From the NCBI GenBank assembly GCA_964106915.2, contig OZ066926.1: 64,000 bases of DNA, one strand, 5' to 3'. The notes below the pieces were generated by a model. That model ran no database searches, was not told the DNA's origin, and saw only the letters and a program-made list of their open reading frames with translations. Source of the stretch: Podarcis gaigeae (taxonomy: Eukaryota). How positions within the stretch are numbered: position 1 is the stretch's first letter; every line of letters starts with the position of its first letter. This document shows positions 10,865 to 38,768 of this stretch, piece by piece. The translations under genes were made by a program, and so were the position numbers.

Positions 10865-13800
10865 TTACCTTGTAATTCTACCTCCCTGGCCTGACCCTGC
10901 TGGCTCCATATCCTGCTTCAGCCTCTCAGCCAGCCCCTGCCCTTCTACTTCCAATCCTGACACAGCCTCACCCTCCACATGCTGTGCCAGCCTCAGCGCC
11001 CTCTGTTCAACCTGCCCCAGAATGGAACTAGTCTTAACAGAACTCAATGGAATAGTATCAATGGGACTTTCAGCCACCTTCACTCCCTTCACATGCAAAC
11101 CAGCTGGGCCTTCGCCCCACATTGCCCGCCTCATGGCATTGTACCTTTTAATTGCAATTCCCATTACCCCATCCCGCCAATCTTTCAACTCTTGCTTTCC
11201 TGTTAATAGGCCTGGACTTCGTCTCTCTGCCATAGAGTCAGGACTGTCTGCTTTTGAGCCACGAACTGTTACAGAGAGTCGAGACACTGTCTGCTTAGAT
11301 CCCAACACGTCCTTCAGCCAGTGTACGTTGGCTGATTGGCTTGTAAGCCCATACACCCTTCTTCCCATCCCAGACACTGGTGGCTCAGGACTTGGTCCTG
11401 CTGACTTTACTGCTCCCTGACCTGTCACCATCATGTTTATTCGTTCTTTTATTCCAGCCCGCAATGGCCCTAAAGCAAGTCCATGCCCGGACCCAAGGCC
11501 TGCAGTCCAACCAGAACCTGGTCGTATTGTCGAATAATCTTGTGTCAGTGGCCTACCAAGCCATGGCAAGTACATTCCTTCTGGATGTTGCCTTGCTCTG
11601 TCATCAACATCCTTGGCCAGTATCTCCAACTCCTTAACTATCTGTTCCTGCCTCGGTGGTTCTGCTGGGGTCTGATCAAATCCCTTTCCTGCCTCCTCCA
11701 TCACAGGAACCTGCTGAAAGCTCTCTATCCTGTTATCTGCCTCAGAGAAACATGACATCCCTTCCCGTCCAATTCTGTACCCCATCATAACCACCGGCTC
11801 ACCTACTTTAACCCTAATTGCACGAGACCTCAATTCAGCTGATCGTGTCTCCCTCTGATCTAATTCACCTTTTCCCAGTTGCGTACGAGCCTCCTTAATC
11901 ATTCCCTTTTGCCGAGCCATTGCTGTTAAACTGGTCACAATCAACCCTGGAGCCCTGTGCTCCAGCACTCCACGACGGAATCCACATGAGCGTGTTGCCC
12001 CTTGATGTGGTACCAGTATTGGCCCTTGCCGTAATCCTGCCAACCCTGAAATTATTTTCCCCTTCAACTTGCGACGTTCCTCTTGACTTCCTATGGCAGT
12101 GCGCTGTGACAAATGTGATGACAGCACTGAGGAACCTGATTTATTCAATTCAGCCACCTTCAGGCTTGGTTCCACTTGACCTTGGGCCAGGTTCGTATCA
12201 GATGCCAACCAGGTGACTCTGGTATCTTCTTCACTTGGTTTTGCCCTTTGACTCAATATCCCCTCCCTGGAAGGCACGCCTGCCATCTCCTGAGTTGGTC
12301 CTCCCAACTGTTCTTCTAATTCTGGGCTCCAAACTAATGTCTTCTCCTGAGAGGATACCTTTCTTCCCATAGTACCTTGATGCTGCTCAGTCAACGCAAT
12401 CTCACCTACACTTGTAACCTCCACTACTGGTCCCTGAAATGGTTCCACCAGCACCTTAGTATCACTCTGATCCCTGAATAATGCCTCTCTTATTTCTCGA
12501 GATTCCTCCCTAGTAACCCTCTCAGTTGAACCCAACTGCTTGGCTTCTCCCTGATCAAGTCCTACTTGCTCTTTTGTCTCCCTTTGTTCTGGTTCTGCTA
12601 GCTCTCCAACTTTCTCCTGACTAGTTCCTAGTTTCACCTCTTCTCCAGGCCCCATCTCCTGACTTTGCACAAGTTCTTCCTCCAGGCCTCCAGTTTCTTC
12701 TTGTGATCCAGCTACTCTCACTGGTGCTCCCACCACCTCCTTCCTTCCTTCTTCCTGACCCACTACACTCATCTTTTCTGTTTCCCTCTGAGCTGCTCCT
12801 ATCACTTGCTCAGCCACATCAAGAGCCACGTGTATCATATCCTCCTTGACAGTCACCTCCTCAGTCTCTACCTGACTTGTCACTACCAAACCCTCCCCCT
12901 CAATAAATGCTACATCTCTCTTTGAAGTTGCCACCTCTGCCTCCCTCTTATCTCCCCCTTCCTCCACTGTGGCTACCATACTGCCAATCTCACCCTGACT
13001 TATCCCAGCCAAATCCTCAACTTGCTTTTGATCTTCTACTGATTCCACATCTTTCTCTGCAGCCACCTCTTCTGCCTGCTTTTCATCTATTCTTGGTGAT
13101 CCCTGATCCAGTGTTGATGCCATACTTTCTTTTTCAGTCTCACCCTCAACTTCTCCCTGACTTGCCACCACCAAATGCTCAGCCTTCTCCTCAGCTGCAC
13201 CTGCCTCTCCCTCAGCAATCACCAACTCTGACCCCCTCAGATCTTCTTGTAGGACTTCGGCTTTAACTTGATCCATTGATGGTGCCACCTCCTCTGCTTC
13301 TCCCCTACTTGACTTCACCAAGTCTTCAACTTCCCCCCAACCCTCTGATGATGCCAAATCTCCTTCCACAATCATGCTTTCAGCCTCTCTCTGATCTACT
13401 CCAGATACCCTGTCTTCCTTTTCAATTTCCTCACCAAGTCCCTCCTCACCTGGTCCAACTGTCATCTCCGCCTCCCTCTTACCCAAAACTGGTTCCTCCT
13501 CTCCAGTCAACACCTCAATTTCCCCCTGACCTAGTCCTACCAACTCCTCCTCACCCCTTGCTAATATTGCATCTTCCTCTGCAGTCACTTCCTCTAGCTC
13601 TCTCTCATTTACATCTGGCACCTTCTCAGTTTCCTCATAGCCAACTGCAGGTGCCACATCCTCTTCCTTTCCAGTGACCTCTAGGATCTCCTCTTGACCC
13701 AGTCCTGACAACTCCATTTCTCCATGATTATCTGTTGATTCGCCTTCTTTGTCACTCTCTCCCACTCCCACCGACTCTGGCATCTTTTCAGCCTCCCCCA

Positions 13801-14563
13801 CTGCCTCATCTTCCCTGACAGTTGCCTCAGCTTCCCTCTCTTCCAGTTCCATCAACTTTTCCTGTTCATCTCCCTTTTCAACCCTCTCTCCAGAATCTAC
13901 ACAGTCCTCTTCTACCAAATCCTCTTCTTTCCCGTGGTCCGGCCCTGCCAACTCCTCAGTCAAATTTTCCCCCATTTCTAGAACCATTTCACCCTCTCCA
14001 AGCAGTGTTTCTTCCTCATGAATAAATTCCTGAGTCTCCTGCTGATCCATTCCTTTTCCAGTCTTCCCCTCAGCTTCCCTCTTGTCTGGGCTCCCAAAAA
14101 CACTGGTTTCCTCCTGATTTGGTTCTCTTGATTCTTCAACTTCTTCTTTCTCTCTATTACTCTTAAGCTGAAGTTCCTCAAGAATCACTGTCTCCAACTC
14201 TTCTGCTTTTCTCAGATCTGGTTCAATAATTTCCTCAGCCTCTTCCCCAGACATTCCTAATGCCACTTCTCTTTTCAGTGCATGCTCAGCCACCCCCCTA
14301 TCCAGTTCTGCTAAGGGTCCAAATGTATCCTGGTCTGGTTCCATCAACTCTCCAGTAGTTGGTGCTTCATGTTCTTTTTCAGCCTCCTCTTCTGCCTCTG
14401 AGTCTTTAGCCTCTCCCTGTCCCACACCTGTCTCTGGAAGCAATCCAGTTATCTTTCTCTCTGCCTCATTGGGAGGTCCTTCCACTGTGGTCTCTTCATT
14501 CACTACAGCCTCCTTTCCCTTCCTATCATCCTGAGCTTCAGCCTGCCCCTCCTCAGGCTCCAT
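10865..14563 (-). CDS. 3.7-kb intronless Glu-rich ORF (1232 aa from ATG 14563) in SRCAP intron 1; probable giant alternative 5' coding exon of SRCAP
   Basis: Uninterrupted ORF on the SRCAP strand. ATG in strong context (gtcATGG), in-frame TGA upstream at 14581-14579. The stop TAA lies inside the donor AG|GTAACT, which is phase-compatible with exon 2. No RT, integrase, gag or transposase motifs recognised. Confidence 0.75.
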   Translation of the reverse strand: MEPEEGQAEAQDDRKGKEAVVNEETTVEGPPNEAERKITGLLPETGVGQGEAKDSEAEEEAEKEHEAPTTGELMEPDQDTFGPLAELDRGVAEHALKREVALGMSGEEAEEIIEPDLRKAEELETVILEELQLKSNREKEEVEESREPNQEETSVFGSPDKREAEGKTGKGMDQQETQEFIHEEETLLGEGEMVLEMGENLTEELAGPDHGKEEDLVEEDCVDSGERVEKGDEQEKLMELEEREAEATVREDEAVGEAEKMPESVGVGESDKEGESTDNHGEMELSGLGQEEILEVTGKEEDVAPAVGYEETEKVPDVNERELEEVTAEEDAILARGEEELVGLGQGEIEVLTGEEEPVLGKREAEMTVGPGEEGLGEEIEKEDRVSGVDQREAESMIVEGDLASSEGWGEVEDLVKSSRGEAEEVAPSMDQVKAEVLQEDLRGSELVIAEGEAGAAEEKAEHLVVASQGEVEGETEKESMASTLDQGSPRIDEKQAEEVAAEKDVESVEDQKQVEDLAGISQGEIGSMVATVEEGGDKREAEVATSKRDVAFIEGEGLVVTSQVETEEVTVKEDMIHVALDVAEQVIGAAQRETEKMSVVGQEEGRKEVVGAPVRVAGSQEETGGLEEELVQSQEMGPGEEVKLGTSQEKVGELAEPEQRETKEQVGLDQGEAKQLGSTERVTREESREIREALFRDQSDTKVLVEPFQGPVVEVTSVGEIALTEQHQGTMGRKVSSQEKTLVWSPELEEQLGGPTQEMAGVPSREGILSQRAKPSEEDTRVTWLASDTNLAQGQVEPSLKVAELNKSGSSVLSSHLSQRTAIGSQEERRKLKGKIISGLAGLRQGPILVPHQGATRSCGFRRGVLEHRAPGLIVTSLTAMARQKGMIKEARTQLGKGELDQRETRSAELRSRAIRVKVGEPVVMMGYRIGREGMSCFSEADNRIESFQQVPVMEEAGKGFDQTPAEPPRQEQIVKELEILAKDVDDRARQHPEGMYLPWLGRPLTQDYSTIRPGSGWTAGLGSGHGLALGPLRAGIKERINMMVTGQGAVKSAGPSPEPPVSGMGRRVYGLTSQSANVHWLKDVLGSKQTVSRLSVTVRGSKADSPDSMAERRSPGLLTGKQELKDWRDGVMGIAIKRYNAMRRAMWGEGPAGLHVKGVKVAESPIDTIPLSSVKTSSILGQVEQRALRLAQHVEGEAVSGLEVEGQGLAERLKQDMEPAGSGQGGRITR

Positions 14564-14949
14564 GACCACATTAACCTTTCACTTATTTCTGGTCTGGTTT
14601 CTTGCAAAACTTTGATGGTGCTAAGTAACTGCAACCCGTTCCCAACTTTTCAAGTATTATCACTAGCCACCCAAACCCTAGAGCAGTACAACTGCTCAAG
14701 TCCCAGATGATACCCTAATACCCTTTGAACTTGCCACCCTTTCTTAGAACCCTTGCGCCCCGCTAAAAATCAATCCTTGTACCGGCAATTCTGCATTTAT
14801 TCATTCATTGCACCCTAATCACAAGCGATTCCCCCTCTGACGCCTAGTTTCTTTCTTTTTCAGCACAAGTTCGATGCCCTTTGATTTCCCCCCACCCTTT
14901 AACCCCTTTGTCACCCTTTCCCTCCCACCTTTTCCCTTTGACCCCTTGA

Positions 14950-16330
14950 CCCCGCCCCGGTTTCCCCCAAAACCCTCCCTCCCTCCCTCGCCCTCCCTCC
15001 CTAGTCCCCCGAGAATCCCCGCTCGCCCCTCCCCCACCCGCTGAGAAGTAGGCGGCCGTCGGTTGGTCGGTTTCGCGGCGCGCGAGGAAACGAGGTGACG
15101 GGGGGGGGGGAGGAGGGCGATAGGTGAAGTAATAGGCCAGCATTTAGAGCGGCCGTTGGCTGGGTAAGCACGTGCGGCTCCCACATTGGCTCCTTTCTCT
15201 TATTTCCCGCCCCACCACTCTCCATTAGTGCGCCCTCTATAGGTAGGGGAGGGAAATGACCGATGGAAGAGAGGAAGGTTCGGGGGAGGTAAAAGGCCGC
15301 GCGCGCGCGCGCGACCACCGACAACCAGGCACACGCGCGCGCTCTTATCTGTTTCCTCACTTTTCCCTCCCGACTCGAAGCAGAGACTTGCACCCCTCCA
15401 GGGAGGTGGGTGTGAGCGAGAGGAGTAGAGCCCCGGCCGGTCCGCCATCTTACCTGGGTGGGAGGGGGGAGGAGTGAGGAGGGAGGGGAGGCGCCTCCTG
15501 CCCCGCCTCCTCCTGCCGCCGCCTCAGCCCCAGCGCCGCCGCCTCGGCCGGAGAGAATCCGCCGCCATCCGCGGCCCCCAGGCCTCTCCCGCGCGACTTC
15601 TCCCTTTGCGCGGCCTTCGCCGGTGCTCCTCAGCACGTCGCCCACCCCTCCCACCCGGATGCTGATCCCTAACCAGGCCCCGCCGAGCCAGACCCGACCC
15701 GCCGCGGCAAAATGGCGGCCGCCACCACCAAGCGCCAGGGCCAGCCCCTCCCTCCTCCCACCGCTCCCTCCACCCGCCGGCCTCGGCGCTTAAGTCTCGC
15801 GAGAGCTCGGGTAACGCGAAGGAGGGTGTGCGTGCGTGGAGAAAGAGAAAAGAAACTCAAACCCAAAGTGTCTCACAGGCGCGTCGCGCGGGAGGACGGC
15901 GTCCCGGCGAGAGGCCGCGAGCCAGAAGAATTGCGGAAGACGGCGCTCTTCTCCCTCACAATCAGATGGATGCGGGACTGCGAGCCCGCGGGGCGAGGGA
16001 AAAGCCATCGCGAGTGAAGGGCATGCTGGGAAATGGAGTCCTGGGGGATGCTGGGGGTTGGAGTCTCCCTCTCTCTTTCGGACGGAGGGAGGGAGGACTC
16101 GATTTGTCTTTCCTCAAAAATTCTTCCAATTGTTCGCTGGGCGGGCTGGCGCGACCATTCGAAGGTGCTCAAAACAAGATGCACGTCGCGCTTATGAATG
16201 AGAAGAGGCAGCTTTGGCTCGTGAAAACATGCACTTCCCCTAGGACTCGCAGATACGACTTTGAAAGTCAGGAAAGTTTCAATGAATATTGTTTACATGG
16301 GAGAGTGCTCGCACGGTCGCGCGAAACGAG
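14950..16330. promoter_or_regulatory. SRCAP CpG-island promoter
   Basis: Dense CpG. TCTCGCGAGA palindrome (BANP/ZBTB33-type) at 15795-15804; YY1-type sites AAAATGGCGGC at 15709-15719 and CCGCCATCTT at 15442-15451. Confidence 0.85.
15454..15780 (-). other. SRCAP: SRCAP first exon (GC-rich; 5' end approximate)
   Basis: Strong donor CCCAG|GTAAGA at 15454, inside the CpG island and downstream of promoter motifs. Confidence 0.65.
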
Positions 16331-17520
16331 GTTGACATTTCGAGCTCATTTCAAAACTTCCAGTGCACTGACTTTACAGGTCATAAATCTGCATTGGGAA
16401 CTCCAGAGCTTCAGTGAGTTCTGAGTTTGAAATCATGATTTCTCCAAAGGGAACAAATAACAAATTTTGACGTTAGATGCAAAAGTGGGCCTGGCTAACT
16501 TGGCAAAGGAAGGGGAAAAAACTCATTGGCATTTAAAGCAAATATGAAAGTTATTTCAAAAACAGTATTCTCATTGTAGATGTAGTATAGACCTTTTCAT
16601 GTTCATGTGGTCGAAGCTATAATCCTACACACACAGTTGGCAGTAAACCCTATTGAACTTAATGGATGTTACTTTTGAATAAGCATTTTAGGTTCATGCT
16701 AAAGCCTTCAGCTACCTGCTTATAAACTCATTTTTACCTGCTCTTAATTATGTTTTTTATTACCGTATTTATTGCTTTGATAAGTCATAGTTAATTTCTA
16801 AATAAAATAAGGGGATGACGCTTACAAATATTTGCTCTTCTTCACTTCCATTCTAGATAGATGGCTCAGGATTGGGCCTGTCCAACAAACATAAAACAAT
16901 GGGGACAGAGACAGACTATATAATGCAATGTCTACTTGACTTAATATGCAAGAGGCCTATATTCCAGTCCTACCTCTGCCATTGACTAATTGGCTGCAGT
17001 GGAAAAAACAAATACTAACGGCTAGCTAGGACACCCTCCCACTTATTCTGAGGATAAACCAAGTTAATGCTGCAGTCCTAAACACACAGGGATTTTTAGC
17101 AAAATTGTAGCTATATTGAGTACTAGCATCTTTGATGAAGCCAATTTGTAATTGTGAATATATGGCAACTTTTAATTTATTTAAACCACTATTCTGTGTA
17201 GCAGGAATAGCTAACCTGCAGCCCACAGGATGTATCCAGCCCCCTCCCCAAGATTCCTCTATATTTGTCATTATTAAATTGTAAAAAAATAATTATTAAC
17301 TCCTTCCGTAGGACAAGAGAGAGTGAGTGTCTGTCCGTTGTCGCCCCCCTCCCCACAAGATATTAAAAAGGATGCATGAACCCATGGAAGTTTTGGACTT
17401 CTGGATTGGAGTGCTGCTTGGTAAGTTTGTGTGTGTGCTGTTTAAAAAAACCAGTTAAATCTAAACTGATAGCCATATAATGTTGCCTTACATTTAAGTC
17501 AAACTATAGGTCTAGCATGA

Positions 17521-17873
17521 GGGACGTGGGTGGCGCTGTGGGTTAAATCACAGAGCCTAGGACTTGCTGATCAGAAGGTCGGCGGTTCAAATCCCCGTGA
17601 CGGGGTGAGCTCCTGTTGCTCGGTTCCCGCTCCTGCCCACCCAGCAGTTCGAATGCACGTCAAAGTGCAAGTAGATAAATAGGTACCACTCCAGCGGGAA
17701 GGTAAACAGTGTTTCTGTGCACTGCTCTGGTTTGCCAGAAGCGGCTTAGTCAGGCTGGCCACATGACCCAGAAGCTGTACGCCGGCACCCTCGGCCAATA
17801 AAGCGAGATGAGCGCCGCAACCCCAGAGTCCGCCACAACTGGACCTAATGGTCAGGGGTCCCTTTACCTTTAC
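17521..17873 (+). mobile_element. Full-length Sauria SINE (Squam1-type)
   Basis: GGGACGTGGGTGGCGCTGTGGGTTAAA tRNA-like head, B box GGTTCAAATCCC, CCTTTACCTTTAC tail. Perfect 13-bp TSD AGGTCTAGCATGA at 17508-17520 and 17874-17886. Confidence 0.92.
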
Positions 17874-19787
17874 AGGTCTAGCATGACCTAAAGCATTAGT
17901 TTTCTATCACTGCTGTACGTAGCTCTGCTTGTTGCCGACACAAATGCAAGCTTTGCTGTTTTCTGGAACTAGATTCTTCTGTTCTTAAAACAATTCATTA
18001 AAATGCCTTCATCTGTGACATGTTTCTTTCAGATAACTTTTATTTTCATGATAAAAGGGGGGAAAGCCACACATTCCACGAATGACATCCAGTTCTGAAG
18101 GAACAAATAGAAACATATGTAGAACTCCTGAGGATGTATTATTGAGGACAACACCTCAGAAGGTTTTTACAAAGGGTTTATAAAATCATTTTCACTATAC
18201 AATAAATTGTCATAGGATGGTATCCAATTTCAGTCACACTTAGAACAAGGTCAGTTAAATCAATAGACCTAACTTGGCACTAGGTTGAAATCTGTGTTGG
18301 GGGTCTAGAAATCTCAGTGGATATTCAACCCGGAAATAATTTTTATCTTTTGTTATCAACACCACTGAGTTTAAAGAGGATGTACAGTTTAAGATGCAAT
18401 ACTTACTTGGGAGTAAGTCCCATTGAATTAGGACTGTAGTATTAGCAGCTTCGGGATGTTCGCATGGCAATTAAAAAAACCCGCAGGATTCCTATATGTG
18501 ATAACTACTTTCCAATGACAGCTATCATTTGGAAACCTCTTACTTTTTTCAGAAGTATTACTTTTGAGACCAGAAATTATGTTATTGGGAATATTTTGGC
18601 AACATATTATGAAAGCATCAATATTTACTAAATAACCTACATGTTACAGTGCATATTCTGATTACAAAATATGGGAAGAGTCAGTTTGCCTACTCTGAAG
18701 GACTGGCTCCCATTTGACAAAGGTCAGTTAACAGTAAAAATCACTTGCTATAAACTACTACAGGGATTCTGTTTTTTGGACAATTGGGAACCTTTATTGA
18801 TCTACCAGTTTTTTTAAAAAAAAAATCATACAAAACAGCTCATCAAGAATATTGGACATTATAAATCCATCTCAGTCTTCTGGATAATTCTGTACCACCC
18901 CAAAGAGATCATGTATCTTTGTGTGTTAAAAATATAAAAATAAACCCATTTTAAAAAGCTGGGAGACACAATCCCAAATTAGATTGAAAACTGCAGGATT
19001 CCTGATTTCCTAAAAGCTTTTGCCACCCAATTCAATTTGTGAATTTGTAGACAGTGGAGTATAAAAGGCAAGAGTAAGGACTACTACACTTTTCCAATAC
19101 TTCATGTTTCAGACCTGAGCCTCAGTCCAAACTGAACCAGGCATGTAGGTGGGGTTTTTTGCTTGTTTTTATGTATAAAAAATAAAAGAAACCTAGGATA
19201 TAGCATTTGGCTAGTTGCACTCATTTCTGCAAAACTGATCCCTGCATCACCTCCTAGAACATGATAAATTCTCTAAATTTGTGGCTTGGCAGTGGAAAGA
19301 AATGTTCATTCTTATTAAGGTGGTTTTAAAAGAGACTTTGGATTCCATTCATTGTCACTCCAGATTCTTTGCTCCCTCCTGGTTGGAAAGAGACAGTACC
19401 AAACATTTAGACTACTAGAAAGCAGAAAAGTACAAAGCAAACTTCACAGACAAGAAACTTTCAATTTTACCTACCTCTTCCAACCTATTCTTATCACAAA
19501 GATTTAAAAATTGCTGCAATGGAGAACTGTTGTGAAATACAAGTAGTATAAACCAAATAATATATATGTCACTTATGTAATCATGGCCATTCAGGGTTTA
19601 GTGAGAGTTCCCTCTTTTTTCCAAGAGATTGCAATGAACAATATGTGGCTTTTGAAGTGAGAATGGAGAAAAATAAGGGTGCAACCTGGTAGTAGTCCCA
19701 GCCAGGCTCATTTCTGGCTGTAATGCCACATCTTTTATCACTTTCCCCCAGATTCTACCAAAGCCCAAACAGCCTATAGCGTTAAAG

Positions 19788-19908
19788 TAGGGTTACCAGA
19801 TGTCCCCATTTCCCAGAGACACTCCCCAGATTTACAAATCGGTCCCCGTACAAAATCCATTGAAGTTGAAAAGTGTCTCCATATTCATTGAAAAAAATTG
19901 TAACCTTA
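19788..19908. mobile_element. Small hAT-like MITE
   Basis: Imperfect TIRs TAGGGTTAC...GTAACCTTA, flanked by an imperfect 8-bp duplication CGTTAAAG/CGTTAAGT. Confidence 0.6.
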
Positions 19909-22007
19909 CGTTAAGTAAGGTTAAGGAAGGGATGTGAAGCAAAACTCCAGAATCAGAGATCTCAGGCCGGTGATAGCCAGGGGATTTCCCCAATGACAAC
20001 AATTCCACACTGCCAGCTTAGTTTTATAATATACATACCAGGACGGTACAGGATTTGGAGATGTCTGCCCCTTCTGTGTACTTTCTCAACATTAGGAAGT
20101 GTTTGTGGTAGAGGTGTCGAAGACTGACAACTACTGGTTTGAAAGCGGATTATGGACGGGTCCCTTGCCATAAACAACCAGGCTGCGAGCAGCATCAATG
20201 GCCTACTTCCTCCTCCACTCTCATTTGGCATGATTTATCATACTAGGGCAACTCATAATAACGAGAATCCAGCCTTTAGGGTAAAAAGAGAAATCCTTAG
20301 GGCTTTTAGTGCTGCTTAGAGCAACAATCAAATCTAGCTCAGTGTTCAATAGTTGCTAGCAAAGTGAGATACCACACTTGGGTGGGGAAACCTCTGGGTA
20401 TGACTGGTAGGGGTTACCTGTAGACCTGCCCAAATTTACCTTAATGTCTTGGCATGGCTTATAGCAATGCAAGGTGAGAGGCACCAAAACATGCTTTGTC
20501 CCAACTTCAAAGGAGTTCTGAAGTCTGTCATGCAGGTATCTTGGACCATTTGATTTTGCCCAACTCCCTGGCAGGTGTTAGCTTTTAAATGGGCATTTCT
20601 TAAGTTGCTCTCTGGGGTGTGGGATCATGCTTTGGAGAAAGGGCTTTGTCTGCTGGGCTCTAAGTCTAGGACTTGTGCAGGAAGGATTAACGGTAGAGGC
20701 AGGAAAATGGAAAACCCACTTTCAATTTCAGGCAGCCACTCGCACTGGTTTATCACTCTGTCCCTAAAGCAAAAGGGTGAGGGAAGAGGGAGACGAAAAT
20801 GAGGCTTTCATTTCTCTTCCAAAGCAAAAACACTGTTGACGCCAAAGTGTTTCACCTCCTGTAAAACTAGTGTCCTACTTCCATACCGTCACAATTGCTC
20901 TGGAGATGTGATGCTTTTGGGGGAATCTTGATCAAACAGTGTACAGTTTGGCTCCAAGTCTTGTTCCCTTTCATCTTTTAAAGGGCTACAAAAATTATAC
21001 TCGTCCAGGGATGGCAGCCTCCCTTTCCCAGAGCTCCAGTTTTAATCTAATAGTGTCCTGCTTGCAACAGATGGGGCTAAACACCCAGGATTCAAGTGAG
21101 AAAGATTGTAGAGGTCTTGTGCTTTCCCCTCCTCTTCCTCCTGCCCTCCTCCCCACCAGCCACCCAAAGACACACACGCACACACCGAGGAATCCAGAAG
21201 CACCAGTTTGGGGTTTAATTAACCAACCTGGGGAAGAAAAGGGGCACTGGACAAGTGCATTGCACCCTCCTCACTGCACCTTTCCGATCAGTTACAGAAG
21301 GAGGAAAGGGACTGGGAGGTGGAGAGGGTGCGGATACAGGTATAGAAAAGAGCAGTACAGTAAAAACAAGGGGAGCTGTGGGGGAGGACAGGAGAAGAGG
21401 GAGAAGTCACTTTTAAAATCACAATCTCAAACCTTTTATAAATGTACAAAAAAACCTTTTCCCCCACCTGCTTGGGGCAGAATATATAAATATTTACACT
21501 GCTTGGCAGGGGGAGGTGCCCCAAGATACAGCCCTCCCCCTTCCCCTGAAAGCAGCTTTCCCATCAGTCCATTGAGGGAGAAGAACACGCCCCAGAGCCA
21601 TTTCAGCCCAGCAGGAATACTGGAAGCAGAAACAAAACCTGTTAGGAAGAGGGATCTGGGAAGAAACCGGGACCCGAAACCGGGGGCACACCAGCCCCTC
21701 GACTCCTGCCCTCCCTCCGCCACAAACACCTCTAAAACAGAGACATCACACCCCGTATCTCTTAAGCCCCAACCTGAGCTTGGAAGAGGTTCCAACTATT
21801 CATAGCTGAAGGAGGCGAAAGTCCTTCTGGGAGGGGTGGCTGGGTGCTCCTCAGGTTAAGGCAGCAGGAAGCTGCACTCTTATCCCTGCCTGACAGGAAG
21901 GGGATGGGGGGCTCGGTTTCTCTGCCCAAGGCTCACGCTGACCCCACCAGTCCACTGGAGACAAGGGAAGCTGCTTGATACAGGTGCGCACATGTCCCAG
22001 AGCACCA

Positions 22008-38768
<16,761 letters not shown>

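Noticed and set aside
10979-14025. Several plus-strand Pro/Leu/Ser-rich ORFs
   Set aside because: They are antisense shadows of the purine-rich giant ORF.
10865-14569. Giant ORF as a retroelement or endogenous viral gene
   Set aside because: No gag, RT, integrase or env motifs, LTRs, TSD or poly(A) remnant seen, and it ends in a frame-compatible donor. A domesticated origin cannot be excluded without a search.
15001-16424. Overlapping 100-217 aa ORFs around the SRCAP promoter (similarly 39480-40800 and 56800-57930)
   Set aside because: Expected stop-codon scarcity in CpG islands; no homology or splice support.
20939-21805. 288-aa plus-strand ORF
   Set aside because: It is antisense to the FBRS 3'UTR, starts at GTG, is low-complexity and has no recognisable domain.
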